A stretch of 64,000 bases of DNA from an uncultured virus (IMG/VR IMGVR_UViG_3300031111_000236) (IMGVR_UViG_3300031111_000236), one strand, 5' to 3'. Counted from the stretch's first letter, positions 1-10,707 are shown. Notes: generated from the letters alone by a model not told the origin. A program made the numbers and translations.

Positions 1-251
1 CTGTGACGGGTACAGAGATAACAGCGGCATCATACAATTTGGAGCAAGGTTGGAATCTTGTCCCTGTTTACTATGATATTGCTGTCTCGGGTCTCGCTGG
101 TAAGTCCGTGTCGATAGAGGCGGTGGCCTATAAGACCAACGGGGCAAGTAACGTCTACATAAAGGGGCTACAATCACAGTCTGACTATAATCTCAAGAAA
201 GGTGATGGCATTTGGGTGTATGCGAGTCAGGACGTAATTGTGGCCCTGTAA
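1..251 (+). CDS. C-terminal fragment of a surface protein with GWNL module (truncated by window start)
   Basis: LEQGWNLVPV...GDGIWVYA matches the C-terminal module of five other ORFs here. Confidence 0.7.
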   Translation, partial: VTGTEITAASYNLEQGWNLVPVYYDIAVSGLAGKSVSIEAVAYKTNGASNVYIKGLQSQSDYNLKKGDGIWVYASQDVIVAL

Positions 252-304
252 TATATCCAAAAGTTTAATTACTTTGACAGAGAATAGGACTGTGGGATGA
301 TAAA

Positions 305-2416
305 ATGACGAGGATGTCAAAATACTGGCTTTACGGTCTATTTCTGGTACTGGCATTAGTAGCAGTGCTCTTTATCGTAGAATACACTTCTGATGGTGGT
401 GGTGATGCCGCCGCATCTATCACTGGAGACGCACCAACTGGTAATACCTGGCATATTACTACCGACACGGTAGCTAATAATGAAGCTCTTGAGATAGACA
501 ATATCACGATGGACCTTGGTGTGACCCTCAAGCTCAAGAATTGTACTCTTGAGCCAGATGTAAAACCCTACTGCCTGGTACAAGGTGAGCCGTACTCTAA
601 TTTGTACCTCTATGACACTAACATCACTGTCGTTTGGTTCGTCTTTATGGACGCTATACCTAACGAGGACGGGTTTTACGAATACACAAGAAACAGGCCC
701 TTACCTCTGACAGTTAATGATATCAGGTGGAACACTGTGAATCTCTACACTAACAATGCGTACATCGAAAACTGTACTTTTGGATACAACAAGCCTATAA
801 CTGAGGAATCGACCACTCACGACTTTAAAACAAGTTTCTTGAGACATGAGTATATCAACTGCACTTTTGTCAACTCTTATCTTATCGATGTGTACATGGA
901 CGTTGGTACAATGAAGTCCGACACAATCGGTGGTACTATTATATTTCGTAACTCCACTTGGGAGAACCCAAGATATTATTGTGCCAGAGCTGTAGAGTTT
1001 AACGCCTATGATAGTTTCTTTTTTGGTAGTGATGAGTATAAGGTAGAAGAGGGTAGTACAACTACTGCGTTCAGACCTACGGCTCTCGGTATGATGTCAA
1101 CCGTTACTGGTGAGGTCGAGAGATGCGTTTTTGACAAGCTCACGAGTGTCGGACTTTTGAGATGGATATCGCCGAGAGCTTACATAAATGACACAATCTT
1201 CAGAGACGTGTCTTACGTGGCTCTCGATACCTGTGATAATGTGAGCATTGAGCTTGCTTTTGAGGTGCGTGTGGATAGCTTTTCGAACGGCGAGATATAC
1301 GGCGGTATCGATTGTATAATTGAGGATGCCTGTGTAAATTCCTATGTAGAGGGAGCTATCGATATAGTGAAGGGTGAGGACCACTATGATTCACCTGGTG
1401 ATTTCTTACTTGCGAACTCTACTCTGAAACAGATAAGGTATGCAGTGCCAGACAAGTCATACGATAATTACGTCAAAAATATCACCATCACGGGGAGTGA
1501 TGTGACTTTCGTTTATTTAGAGAACATCACTCTCACTATGGAAGACTGTGACTGTAACCAGATATACTTGTCAAACGTGACTGCTGATATCTATTCTGTA
1601 GACTTCAAGATTCTTGAGACTTTCGAGAGCAATGTGACGGTCTACTATGAGATAGAGGCCGTTATACACAGTATCGAGAGCACGGTCACAAAAATCTACA
1701 ATGGGACTGGTGGACTTGTACACACAAGTGGTGACAAAACTGTTACCAAGATGCTCCAGGTCTTGTACATCAACGTGACAGACGTTGTGGTAGACACTTA
1801 CGAGTACAGTGTCGAGGTATCTACTCTCTCCGAGGAGCAGACCAAGGATATCGAGCTTGTGAAGGATACCACACTCCACTTCTACATCGGCCCTCTTGTG
1901 CTCGAAGTGAATACCAGGGCCAATCAGAGCGAGGGTTGGGTCATGGTAGGCTTGCCCATTGACGAGTCTATCAGTGCCAGTACTCTTCTGTTCAAGAGTG
2001 TGTTTATAGAAGCAATGTCCGTAGAAATTGCTGGCGAGTATGTCATGGTTATCAAGGACGACACCTCTCCAAACGGTATGGTAGGTGATGACTTCCTCAT
2101 AGAGCCGTTCTCAGCCGTGTATCTCTACGTGATTGACGATATCGTGATAACGTTCGATAACACCGTCTCTGAGTACACTGATGAGTCTATTGAGGTGCAC
2201 GTAGGGTATAATCTCGTATCGCTACCTGAGAGCGTCACAGCGTCCTTCCTGTGCGCCTATAACCCACACATCACCGAAGTTACCTATCGTGATTCTGCAA
2301 CGGGTGAATACCATACTTACAACCCTTTCACATCGACGGCAGATGACGACTTCACGATACAGGCTCTTGCAGGGGTAATCATGCGCTCGACCAAGGACGC
2401 ATACATCCGATTGTAG
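305..2416 (+). CDS. Secreted/membrane-anchored surface protein, probable beta-helix region plus two C-terminal GWNL-type repeats
   Basis: N-terminal hydrophobic helix; IENCTF/FRNSTW beta repeats; EGWVMVG and VGYNLVS. Confidence 0.7.
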   Translation: MTRMSKYWLYGLFLVLALVAVLFIVEYTSDGGGDAAASITGDAPTGNTWHITTDTVANNEALEIDNITMDLGVTLKLKNCTLEPDVKPYCLVQGEPYSNLYLYDTNITVVWFVFMDAIPNEDGFYEYTRNRPLPLTVNDIRWNTVNLYTNNAYIENCTFGYNKPITEESTTHDFKTSFLRHEYINCTFVNSYLIDVYMDVGTMKSDTIGGTIIFRNSTWENPRYYCARAVEFNAYDSFFFGSDEYKVEEGSTTTAFRPTALGMMSTVTGEVERCVFDKLTSVGLLRWISPRAYINDTIFRDVSYVALDTCDNVSIELAFEVRVDSFSNGEIYGGIDCIIEDACVNSYVEGAIDIVKGEDHYDSPGDFLLANSTLKQIRYAVPDKSYDNYVKNITITGSDVTFVYLENITLTMEDCDCNQIYLSNVTADIYSVDFKILETFESNVTVYYEIEAVIHSIESTVTKIYNGTGGLVHTSGDKTVTKMLQVLYINVTDVVVDTYEYSVEVSTLSEEQTKDIELVKDTTLHFYIGPLVLEVNTRANQSEGWVMVGLPIDESISASTLLFKSVFIEAMSVEIAGEYVMVIKDDTSPNGMVGDDFLIEPFSAVYLYVIDDIVITFDNTVSEYTDESIEVHVGYNLVSLPESVTASFLCAYNPHITEVTYRDSATGEYHTYNPFTSTADDDFTIQALAGVIMRSTKDAYIRL

Positions 2417-2417
2417 T

Positions 2418-2450
2418 GAAAATTTTTCAGCGGACGGCTGAAATTTTTTC
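2418..2450 (+). terminator. Inverted repeat with T tract, probable terminator
   Basis: GAAAATTTTTCAGC-GGACG-GCTGAAATTTTTTC directly after a stop codon. Confidence 0.5.
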
Positions 2451-2532
2451 CCTCCCCGCATTGTCTTACAGAAAGTTTAAATAGATTGGTGTGCAATCGG
2501 TAGGTATGGCGTTCCGAAATTTAGAGGGCAAA

Positions 2533-4143
2533 ATGAAAATTTTACTGGCTCTCATCATGATAGCTGGTATTCTCGTTATCATACTACCCACGGGGGCAGA
2601 GGCGGCATATGGGGGCTATTCTTACTACGAAAATGAGATTTATGATACGGAGCACCAAGGTGTACATCTCTATGTATACGGGCCTGAGAACGGGTCTAAG
2701 ATGATGCCCGACCAGAAAATCAATCTCATAATATCAGTTTTCGACATAGACGAGAGTAGCGAGCCTCTCTATGTGAAGGCGAACGGGTTCATTTGGAAGA
2801 CTATCTACCAAGAGGAGATGACAGACTCTAATGTCACGGTGGAAGGCAACGAGACCGATATATTCGCACTTGAGTTCATACACAACGATACTGTGATTCT
2901 GAAGATAGAGTATCTTGCAGTTCTAACACAACCGTCTATCCCCTATTGGACATATGTGCCTCTCATTGAGAAACCCGAGGAGAAGTTCGAGCTTGACACA
3001 GACGAGCTTGTGCTCCTTGAGGTGGCTTTCCAAAAAGAGGTAATCAAGGCGAGGACACTCGCTATTGCTATGGTGATAATGCTCTTCGTGCCCTTCATGG
3101 CGGGGCGCATGAAAAACAGGCTGAAGCACGAGGACTTTGTGAACCCTGTTAACTTCGTTATGATAATGCTCACGTTCTTGTTGGCGACGTTACTGGTAAT
3201 GATATTCTCACGAGACCTTTACACATTCAAGAACGGTGCTATGACGTTCGAAAAGCACGACCTCTATGTGTTCGTGTTCGTGATGCGCCTCTTGGTGGGG
3301 TATCTCTATGCTGGTGTCTTTACATCGTCGTACTTCGTCGGGTGGAAGCTCAAAGAGCTTGAGAACGTGAAACCTATGCTGATTGTTTCACCCGAGCTGA
3401 GACACATTGAACTGTGGCTTGTTGTGATTTACCATGCCGAAATAGACGGTGTGGAAGAGTACTGTATCGCACCCGTCAGATTCGGCTCCCTCTGGAAGAG
3501 GTTGTTCGGTCACCACATTAAGCTACAGAGACAGGTTTATGTGGTCAAAGAAGAGAACGGGGCCTTCTCTTTGGAGAGCATTGACATGGATGCCCCTCTT
3601 GATAGCGGGTACAGCCTTGGTACTAACCTTGTGAAGGTTTACGACAACGTTATACTCGCAGAGGATATCGAGTTCTACGTTGACCGTTCGAAACAGATGG
3701 CTATGGTCTTTGAGAACATGAGTCCAGAAGAGCTTGAGTTGAGGAAGTCCAACAGGCGGCTCTGGCGCAAGAAGTACGGGCACAAGTACAATCTCAAGCC
3801 AGTACAGACTCTCCGCATCGTCCTTGCGGACCCGCATCATGACCCGCTCAGGTTGATGTATGATACGCACATCGTCAAGACTTTGGCGGCACAGCTCAAG
3901 TACTACGAGGAGGCTTACCATCAGATAGAGGGGGCCTTGCCGTATGTAGCTGGTAACATCGCCAATACTATCATAAAGAACAAGCTGTTCGTACATCCAC
4001 AGGACGACGTTGTGGGTAACACCTCGTCACTTCTCGACTCCATAGTGAGGGCCAACGTTCTTCGTCAGCCTATGGAGCCTATAGAGGAAGAGGTCATGGG
4101 TGACGGTGCTGAAGGGTACATGGAGGCTGGAAGGGAGGGTTGA
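2533..4143 (+). CDS. Hypothetical membrane protein (signal peptide, extracellular domain, about 3 TM helices, cytoplasmic domain)
   Basis: Long ORF; ATG 2533 follows GAGGG and gives a clean signal peptide; TTTAAATA at 2476. Confidence 0.7.
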   Translation: MKILLALIMIAGILVIILPTGAEAAYGGYSYYENEIYDTEHQGVHLYVYGPENGSKMMPDQKINLIISVFDIDESSEPLYVKANGFIWKTIYQEEMTDSNVTVEGNETDIFALEFIHNDTVILKIEYLAVLTQPSIPYWTYVPLIEKPEEKFELDTDELVLLEVAFQKEVIKARTLAIAMVIMLFVPFMAGRMKNRLKHEDFVNPVNFVMIMLTFLLATLLVMIFSRDLYTFKNGAMTFEKHDLYVFVFVMRLLVGYLYAGVFTSSYFVGWKLKELENVKPMLIVSPELRHIELWLVVIYHAEIDGVEEYCIAPVRFGSLWKRLFGHHIKLQRQVYVVKEENGAFSLESIDMDAPLDSGYSLGTNLVKVYDNVILAEDIEFYVDRSKQMAMVFENMSPEELELRKSNRRLWRKKYGHKYNLKPVQTLRIVLADPHHDPLRLMYDTHIVKTLAAQLKYYEEAYHQIEGALPYVAGNIANTIIKNKLFVHPQDDVVGNTSSLLDSIVRANVLRQPMEPIEEEVMGDGAEGYMEAGREG

Positions 4144-4146
4144 TAG

Positions 4147-4977
4147 TTGAAACAAGAGGTATATGAGCTATCTGAGAAGGCATACCCGCCTGGGTTCAAA
4201 CAGGCTATCGAGTGGGGTCCTGGCTATTACGATGCCAAGGCCATCGAGAACTTGATTGATTGGTATGTCTCGAAGTACCTCATGGAACCCGAGGTAGCCG
4301 CTCATATCAAGAGGAATCTCTATATCAAGGCTGAGCTTGACGGTATCGCCGCTTTTGAGGATATCACAAGGCAGGACTCGTCGAGGTATGCGGCTATCTC
4401 TCAGATTAGAGGGGCTAAGATAGACGAGGCTAATCGGATAGAACCTCTTGGTGATATTAAGGGTGAGAAGTTTGATTCGGCCTACTACACTCTCTACGAT
4501 GAGAAGGGATGGAACAAAGTGGAGGGCGACCTCAAACTCTATGCCGAGAAGATACGCAAGAAGACAATTCTCGTCAACGTGGTGGTTGGTGAAGGTCATG
4601 ATGCGATAAAAGTGGAGATACCTAAGTGGCTCTTCATACTGTACAGTACCATCTATAAGACCAATCTGAGAGGTATGGAAATTAGCAGGAGCAGGTGGGA
4701 CTGGTACACTCGTAAACGCATGATGAAGGAGGCTACTGACAAGCCGACACGTGACACTATAGATGCTTATCACAATCTGTTACAGCGGCTCCAGATGGAG
4801 CTTATTGGGTTGCACCGTGAGAAGATGCAACTTGAAAGGGAAAGCACTTTCGTAGAGAACAAAAAGAGACTGGCCAAAGGTATCAAAGGAGCCAGCAAGA
4901 AGAAACTCAAGATAAGGGTGAAGAAGGATGCCAAAGAAGAGCCCAAAGAAGCCGACACCGAAGAAGAAAGCAGATAA
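4147..4977 (+). CDS. Hypothetical protein with C-terminal coiled coil and basic tail
   Basis: 276-aa ORF 3 nt after the previous stop; TTG start after GGAGGG. Confidence 0.7.
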   Translation: MKQEVYELSEKAYPPGFKQAIEWGPGYYDAKAIENLIDWYVSKYLMEPEVAAHIKRNLYIKAELDGIAAFEDITRQDSSRYAAISQIRGAKIDEANRIEPLGDIKGEKFDSAYYTLYDEKGWNKVEGDLKLYAEKIRKKTILVNVVVGEGHDAIKVEIPKWLFILYSTIYKTNLRGMEISRSRWDWYTRKRMMKEATDKPTRDTIDAYHNLLQRLQMELIGLHREKMQLERESTFVENKKRLAKGIKGASKKKLKIRVKKDAKEEPKEADTEEESR

Positions 4978-5644
4978 GGATGCCAAAGCTGGTCTACTCG
5001 ATGACCTCCTCTTGGAGGAGGACAGTTTCCTCGGAGACGACGACCCATCTGGTAAGAATCTCGATGATGTCGAAGAGTACGATGACGAGGACGACCTCCT
5101 TGACCAGGTTATGGGAGAGGGAGACGACGAGGAGGACGAAGAGGACGATGAAGAAACCGATGAGGAGGAAGATGGTGCTGATGCAGATGGTCAGATGGTT
5201 CAGATATCCTTGGAAGAACTTCGTGCTCTGGCAATGTCTGGTAGTGGTGGGGGTAGGAGTGACCCGAAGGTCGATGAGATGCAACAGGCTCTCCAAGAGC
5301 TTGGTGAAGGTCTGAAGGATAACACAGCAGAGGTCACACGCCTCAAGAACAGTAATCGTGCTGAACGTGAGAGGCTGAAAAAGAAGGAACGCAAGATACA
5401 GAGGGAGCTTATTATAGGTGGGGCCAGATGGATAATATTGTCTGTAGTCAGCCTCATATTCGTGTCTTTGGTATCATGGGCCGTCATGAAGAATCTTGAC
5501 ACTAACTATGGTCTCCTTGTGATGCTTATGCTTTTTGGTCTGTGGTCCATATTCAAGGACTACGTGCGCTCTGGTTTCGGTCAGATACGTGACATCATCT
5601 TGAAGCACTTTGGTACAGACGACATAGAGGCAGATTATACATGA
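4928..5644 (+). CDS. Hypothetical protein: acidic N-terminus, coiled coil, two TM helices
   Basis: D/E-rich tract, heptads, two hydrophobic segments; ATGA overlap with next gene. Confidence 0.7.
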   Translation: MPKKSPKKPTPKKKADKDAKAGLLDDLLLEEDSFLGDDDPSGKNLDDVEEYDDEDDLLDQVMGEGDDEEDEEDDEETDEEEDGADADGQMVQISLEELRALAMSGSGGGRSDPKVDEMQQALQELGEGLKDNTAEVTRLKNSNRAERERLKKKERKIQRELIIGGARWIILSVVSLIFVSLVSWAVMKNLDTNYGLLVMLMLFGLWSIFKDYVRSGFGQIRDIILKHFGTDDIEADYT

Positions 5645-6165
5645 GCAGGGTACAGCCATCTCCGTTCCTGAAGAGGAGGAAAATCAACCCCGTGCAGTTC
5701 CACATGATGCGGATTCAGAATCCCGAGTTGATGGACCTACTTTGGGGTATCAATCCTGATGCGAGAACGGAGACGGACCTCTACTACACCTTCAACAGTC
5801 TATCTGACGAACATAAGCAGGTAATGTACGAGCAGTCGGAAGATATGCGCTTGCGAAGACTTGAGCAGGAACAGCGCATGAAGGAGATACAGCTTCAAGA
5901 CCCCGAAATGTACATGAGAATGAAGATGATAGAAAAGGGCGATGTCCCTTCAGAGCACCCGTACTCGGATGCGGAGCAGGATTATCGACAGTCGCAACCT
6001 CTTGAACCGCAGGAAGAGCAGGAAGAGCGCACTGGTTTTGTGGGCAAGGTAAAGGGCTGGTGGTCAGATAGAAAGCGCAAGAAAAAGCTCCGTAGGATGC
6101 AGGAAGAGCAAGAGCAAGCTGAACTGGAAGAGGAAATGCGACGAGAGCGTGGTGGAAGGCGGTAG
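5641..6165 (+). CDS. Hypothetical charged helical protein
   Basis: 174-aa ORF coupled to the previous gene by ATGA. Confidence 0.65.
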   Translation: MSRVQPSPFLKRRKINPVQFHMMRIQNPELMDLLWGINPDARTETDLYYTFNSLSDEHKQVMYEQSEDMRLRRLEQEQRMKEIQLQDPEMYMRMKMIEKGDVPSEHPYSDAEQDYRQSQPLEPQEEQEERTGFVGKVKGWWSDRKRKKKLRRMQEEQEQAELEEEMRRERGGRR

Positions 6166-6243
6166 GCTCTGGTTTTTACATTTAAAGGTTTCTACGAACT
6201 TTTATATATTGTCTTGTTTGATTACTTCGTAAGGTGAGAATCA

Positions 6244-8415
6244 ATGGATAACAAGCTGATTGCTATCGTAATGGCGTTGGGACTGCTCTCTTTCCTACCA
6301 GTCATGGCACACGGGTTTACTACCAGTGGTGAGCCAACGCAGGGTATGGTGGATGGTCCTTACACGACAGACATCTGGGTCATAGCCAACGAGACTGTAG
6401 CTCACGATGCCTCTGACGAGGATTGGGGTGATGAGGTCGGAGTCACTGAACTCCTCTTTACAGATAACGCTGGTCTTACTCTCAACGGCTCTGAGGTCAC
6501 TATAGAGTACGCTCTTCTGACCAACGGCTCCGAGGTTGTTTTCAATGACTGTGATGTCTATCTGGGTAATCTAACTCTCGTGAATGGTACAGTATTGACC
6601 TTCGAGGACTGTACTGTGACTTTCACTGATGACAACAGCAATGTGACCCTTCTGGGTAACGAGACTGTTACGACGGACGTTGGTGCTATCGACTTCCCGA
6701 CACTGAACATACTGAACTCCACCGTGTACGGGTTTAACATATCAGTAGGGGACCCGACCATCGAACCTCTTGACATGATGGGAGGCTTCGTCACGTATGG
6801 ACAGGCTATGTATAACGGGACCTACTTCACTGTTGGTGGTGACATCTATGCTGATGGTGCGGAGATACATGGTCGTGAAGGCTGGAACTTCTCTGCTGAT
6901 AACATCACAGCTATCCCAACGGATATCACACTCTTGAACAGTACCTGGGATGAACCGACTGGTCTTTTCCTTGCTCTCGGTCCTGTGGACCCTGAAAATT
7001 GGGCTACGCTTGAGATAGAGGACAGCGTTCTTCACAACCTGACTATAGCGGCCTACGAACCGTCTATCACGGGTAGTGAGTTCACTGGCGAGTACCAAGT
7101 TAGTGAGTTACTTGGTGGTTCAGACTTTGGTGAGGCGATACCAGCGAGTGTGGTTGTCTTTGGAGAGGATGTTGAGATTATTGACAACTACTTCCACGAT
7201 TCTGTTGTCTCTGTTATGCTGTTCGCATGGAACAATATGACTGCGCTCATCGAGGATAACACCTTCGAAGACGTTTACTCTGGTGTCTTTGTCAATAGCG
7301 ACCCTGATGAGGGTAATGACAACCAGTCAAACCTTGATATCACTATTCAACACAACGTCTTCGATGATATAGATGTGTACTTGGAGGGTGAGGCCGCTAT
7401 GCTAACTGGTTCCGCTGTCTACATCAACTGCAATCAGACAGATTGGTCTACGTTCAAGTTCCTGAAGAACGATGTCCGCATCACCGTGAACTTTGTCATC
7501 ATAAGGAACGATAGAAACAAGAGCTATTCTGACAACGACAACACGACCTTGGTGGATAACGAGAAGCTCCCTGTTTTCAACTACAACAACTTCATGGAGT
7601 ATAACAGCATCTTTACCTTCATGACGAACTTCACCGCTGGTGATGTAGTGGTTGACATGACAAAGAACTGGTGGGCAAACGCTACCGACATCAATGATAC
7701 TTTTGAGATTGATTTCGAGGGTGCGGAGTTAACGGATATGCTCAATCTTCTCACTGAGCATTATACTGCCGTGTACATCTACTTCGACGAGGCCAAAGGT
7801 ACTGACTGGAACTTGTCTGTGGACGTGAGTGACAGGTGCGAGTACCCCGTCGAGGAAATGGAGTTCGAACTTGTAGAGGGTTGGAACTTGATTTCTGTAC
7901 CCTTCGACACGAGCGAGGTGAACCTCACTGAGCTTCTCAACAATACGAAGGTAGACGCTATCGCTTTCAGGACGCTTAACGGGACCTATACGATGTTCAT
8001 ATCAGGTCTTCACAACAACTTCACCGCCATCGAAGATGAGGGTTGGAGCGTTATCTACGTCTGGGCTAACGATGACTTCACGCTCGTGTTCAACAACACC
8101 GAGTCGGACCAGATAATCAGGTACGACCTGGAAGAGGGTTGGAATCTCCTGACCATTATAGAATACGGTGAGAAGGATGTATACGACATCTTCGGTTTCG
8201 ATGGTGATGTCATACCCGCTCTGGCCTGGAGAAAGTGCTGTGGTAACTATACTATGCTCCTCTTGAACACTACGCTCGTCGAGGACCTTGACATAGCAGT
8301 GATGAACAACTTCACATACGGACAGGCTATGTTCGTGTACGCAGAGGAGGATACAACCGTCGAGGTACAGGACTACGCCTTTAAGGACCTCTTCGAGCCT
8401 GTGGTATACGCATAA
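6244..8415 (+). CDS. Secreted acidic surface glycoprotein, parallel beta-helix plus two GWNL repeats
   Basis: Signal peptide; IIDNYF/IEDNTF/IQHNVF repeats; many NxT/S sequons; EGWNLIS, EGWNLLT; TATA 6199 and GGTGA SD. Confidence 0.8.
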   Translation: MDNKLIAIVMALGLLSFLPVMAHGFTTSGEPTQGMVDGPYTTDIWVIANETVAHDASDEDWGDEVGVTELLFTDNAGLTLNGSEVTIEYALLTNGSEVVFNDCDVYLGNLTLVNGTVLTFEDCTVTFTDDNSNVTLLGNETVTTDVGAIDFPTLNILNSTVYGFNISVGDPTIEPLDMMGGFVTYGQAMYNGTYFTVGGDIYADGAEIHGREGWNFSADNITAIPTDITLLNSTWDEPTGLFLALGPVDPENWATLEIEDSVLHNLTIAAYEPSITGSEFTGEYQVSELLGGSDFGEAIPASVVVFGEDVEIIDNYFHDSVVSVMLFAWNNMTALIEDNTFEDVYSGVFVNSDPDEGNDNQSNLDITIQHNVFDDIDVYLEGEAAMLTGSAVYINCNQTDWSTFKFLKNDVRITVNFVIIRNDRNKSYSDNDNTTLVDNEKLPVFNYNNFMEYNSIFTFMTNFTAGDVVVDMTKNWWANATDINDTFEIDFEGAELTDMLNLLTEHYTAVYIYFDEAKGTDWNLSVDVSDRCEYPVEEMEFELVEGWNLISVPFDTSEVNLTELLNNTKVDAIAFRTLNGTYTMFISGLHNNFTAIEDEGWSVIYVWANDDFTLVFNNTESDQIIRYDLEEGWNLLTIIEYGEKDVYDIFGFDGDVIPALAWRKCCGNYTMLLLNTTLVEDLDIAVMNNFTYGQAMFVYAEEDTTVEVQDYAFKDLFEPVVYA

Positions 8416-8448
8416 GACCGCCCGTCACAGACAATGAGGTGTAATGAA

Positions 8449-8649
8449 ATGAATATAGGACTCTACCTGATGCTCGGACTGGTCCTTGTGATATCGGGGA
8501 TGCTCGTTAGCGCAGTGGGCCTTTACGCAGGACGTGTGAAGAAGAGAAAGAAGTGTGGGACTACCCTTTTCGGGGTTGGGTTCGTCACCTTCGTTCTGGG
8601 GCTTCTGATGCTCTTCTTCAACCTGCTCGGGGTTGGGATGTGGATATAA
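8449..8649 (+). CDS. Small two-TM membrane protein
   Basis: Two hydrophobic helices around a basic loop; GAGGTG upstream. Confidence 0.6.
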   Translation: MNIGLYLMLGLVLVISGMLVSAVGLYAGRVKKRKKCGTTLFGVGFVTFVLGLLMLFFNLLGVGMWI

Positions 8650-8652
8650 GAG

Positions 8653-9249
8653 GTGAGAAAGTTGGCCAATAAAAAAGGAAAGAGCAAGAGGAAAGACCCG
8701 CTACTGGACACTAAGGAACTTGCTGGTGATATGCAAAGCCCTGTGTTCAGGGTCATTGCCATCGTCATCGGTCTTGTTCTTATCGCTGTCGGCGTTCTCG
8801 GTCTTACCCTTTATTGGGATATAATGGGTGCTATCACCGCCGAGGACTACGTTGACCAACTGAACTACGGTCACTCGAACCAGTTCGGTCAGTACTCTGA
8901 TGGTGATATTATCATCATACGTGATAAGGTAGATAGTGCCGAGTATGAGGGTAACAGCACCATAATCACGTTCGAGAGCGATAAGGATTACAACTTCAAG
9001 ATAGAGGGAGACCACGAAGAACTTGAGAACAAAAAAGTCATCCTCTCTCTGAAAGTCGTTTCTGTCGAAGGTGAGTTAGGTGGCGAGACCTACACCTATG
9101 AGACAATAGAAGATATGGGCGACGATGGTGAACTGCCAGAGGATAGCATCACACCCGCCCTCTGGATAGACCTATTCTTCTATCTCGCTATTATGGCGGG
9201 TTTCATCACGATGGTGTGGGGCATAGCAAAATACGCACGAGAAAGGTGA
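8653..9249 (+). CDS. Membrane protein, two TM helices flanking an acidic beta-rich domain
   Basis: 198-aa ORF in operon-like spacing. Confidence 0.65.
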   Translation: MRKLANKKGKSKRKDPLLDTKELAGDMQSPVFRVIAIVIGLVLIAVGVLGLTLYWDIMGAITAEDYVDQLNYGHSNQFGQYSDGDIIIIRDKVDSAEYEGNSTIITFESDKDYNFKIEGDHEELENKKVILSLKVVSVEGELGGETYTYETIEDMGDDGELPEDSITPALWIDLFFYLAIMAGFITMVWGIAKYARER

Positions 9250-9255
9250 ACTCTG

Positions 9256-10707
9256 ATGTGGAAGAAGGTAGTCCCTCTCCTGGTGATACTTGGTCTCGTT
9301 GCGATGACAGCGATGTCATCGGGTTGTGTCAACATAGGTACTGACACACGAGACTATATGCCGACTCTTGGGATTACTTTCCACTCGGTAGGCGGTGGCT
9401 ACGAGAAACTCGAAGGTGACCTTGATAACCTCGAACCTGGTGCTATACGTTGGGACGTGTCCTGGCGTAAAGCCGTTCCAGAGGAGGGTAACCCTGACGA
9501 GGCATACATCGCTGAGGTTATCAACTATACTCACTCTTTCCACGAGAAGGGTTTTGAACAGATACTCGTATTCTGGCAACCCCCTGATTGGGTCGAAAAG
9601 TACCCGATAGAAGTCTTTACTGACTACTATATCGAGTACCTTGACCTTTTCTTACCATACGTTGAGGCTGAAGTTATACAAATAGCGAACGAGCCAAACC
9701 ACGCCTATCACTCTCCGTATCTCGTAGCTAACATACTTCAGAGTCATGAGTTCTTCTTCCGCTCTGGTGAACACGTGAAACTGGAACGTCCTGATATGGA
9801 CACTTGTGTGAACATTATTACCATAGCTGGATGGAAAACCGTGATGGACACTCTCTTCGAGGACCAATACAGCAGGAGCTTTATAGATATCGTCGCTCTT
9901 GATGTATATCCTGGTACGTGGCAAGGCGGTTCAAACCCGTGGACTGACGTGAGAACCTATCTCAACAAGCTCGATAGCGACGGTTACAGTGGTTATCGTG
10001 GAGCTATCATGGAGACGGGCTATAGCACACCGACGATAGAGGTAAATGCAGAGGCTAACCAGGAGAACTTTTACGAGGAGTCTATCACAGAACTTGTGGA
10101 CCTCTTGACGGGTTACAATTACAAGATTTCTTCAGAGAGTAGTATTGACTACCTCATACTCTACACTCTTGAGAACTCAGATTCAAGACCAGCAAGACCC
10201 GAGCACAACTTCGGTCTGGTCGTCTATGGGGCTGAGAACGCCACTATCTACTACAGGAAGCCAGCCTACTACGATGTCAAGGACCTTTTCCAGAACTACG
10301 ACCCGACGATAACAGGGTCCCTTGCGAGACTTCCCTTCTACGGGTCTGGTGTGAGCTATCTGGTCTATGGCCTCGTCTGGTTGTCGCTTTATGCTCTGAA
10401 CTTCATGCTTGGTGCACTCGTGTACCCTCTATCTGACAAGGGTGAGTTCCTCAAGGAGAACTTCTCGGGTAAGGACTTAGGAGAGCGTTTCAAGATGGCC
10501 GCACGTTACACGTCGGGTACTACTACCTCCCTCTTGATACTTGGGTTGCTCCCGACACAGACGCTTCTTCTCCTTGTACTCGTGCCCATAGTGACTTACT
10601 TCACGACCAAGAGGTCAATAGTCTACACTGTCCTCTCACTGGTATCGATGGTGATAGTCGCTCTGGTCTTCCTGTTGCTGTCCCTATACGGGTACTTCAT
10701 CTTGTAG
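9256..10707 (+). CDS. Lipoprotein glycoside hydrolase (clan GH-A-like TIM barrel) with C-terminal TM helices
   Basis: Lipobox SSGC; IANEPN (acid/base Glu) and IMETGYS (nucleophile Glu); hydrophobic C-terminus. Confidence 0.7.
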   Translation: MWKKVVPLLVILGLVAMTAMSSGCVNIGTDTRDYMPTLGITFHSVGGGYEKLEGDLDNLEPGAIRWDVSWRKAVPEEGNPDEAYIAEVINYTHSFHEKGFEQILVFWQPPDWVEKYPIEVFTDYYIEYLDLFLPYVEAEVIQIANEPNHAYHSPYLVANILQSHEFFFRSGEHVKLERPDMDTCVNIITIAGWKTVMDTLFEDQYSRSFIDIVALDVYPGTWQGGSNPWTDVRTYLNKLDSDGYSGYRGAIMETGYSTPTIEVNAEANQENFYEESITELVDLLTGYNYKISSESSIDYLILYTLENSDSRPARPEHNFGLVVYGAENATIYYRKPAYYDVKDLFQNYDPTITGSLARLPFYGSGVSYLVYGLVWLSLYALNFMLGALVYPLSDKGEFLKENFSGKDLGERFKMAARYTSGTTTSLLILGLLPTQTLLLLVLVPIVTYFTTKRSIVYTVLSLVSMVIVALVFLLLSLYGYFIL

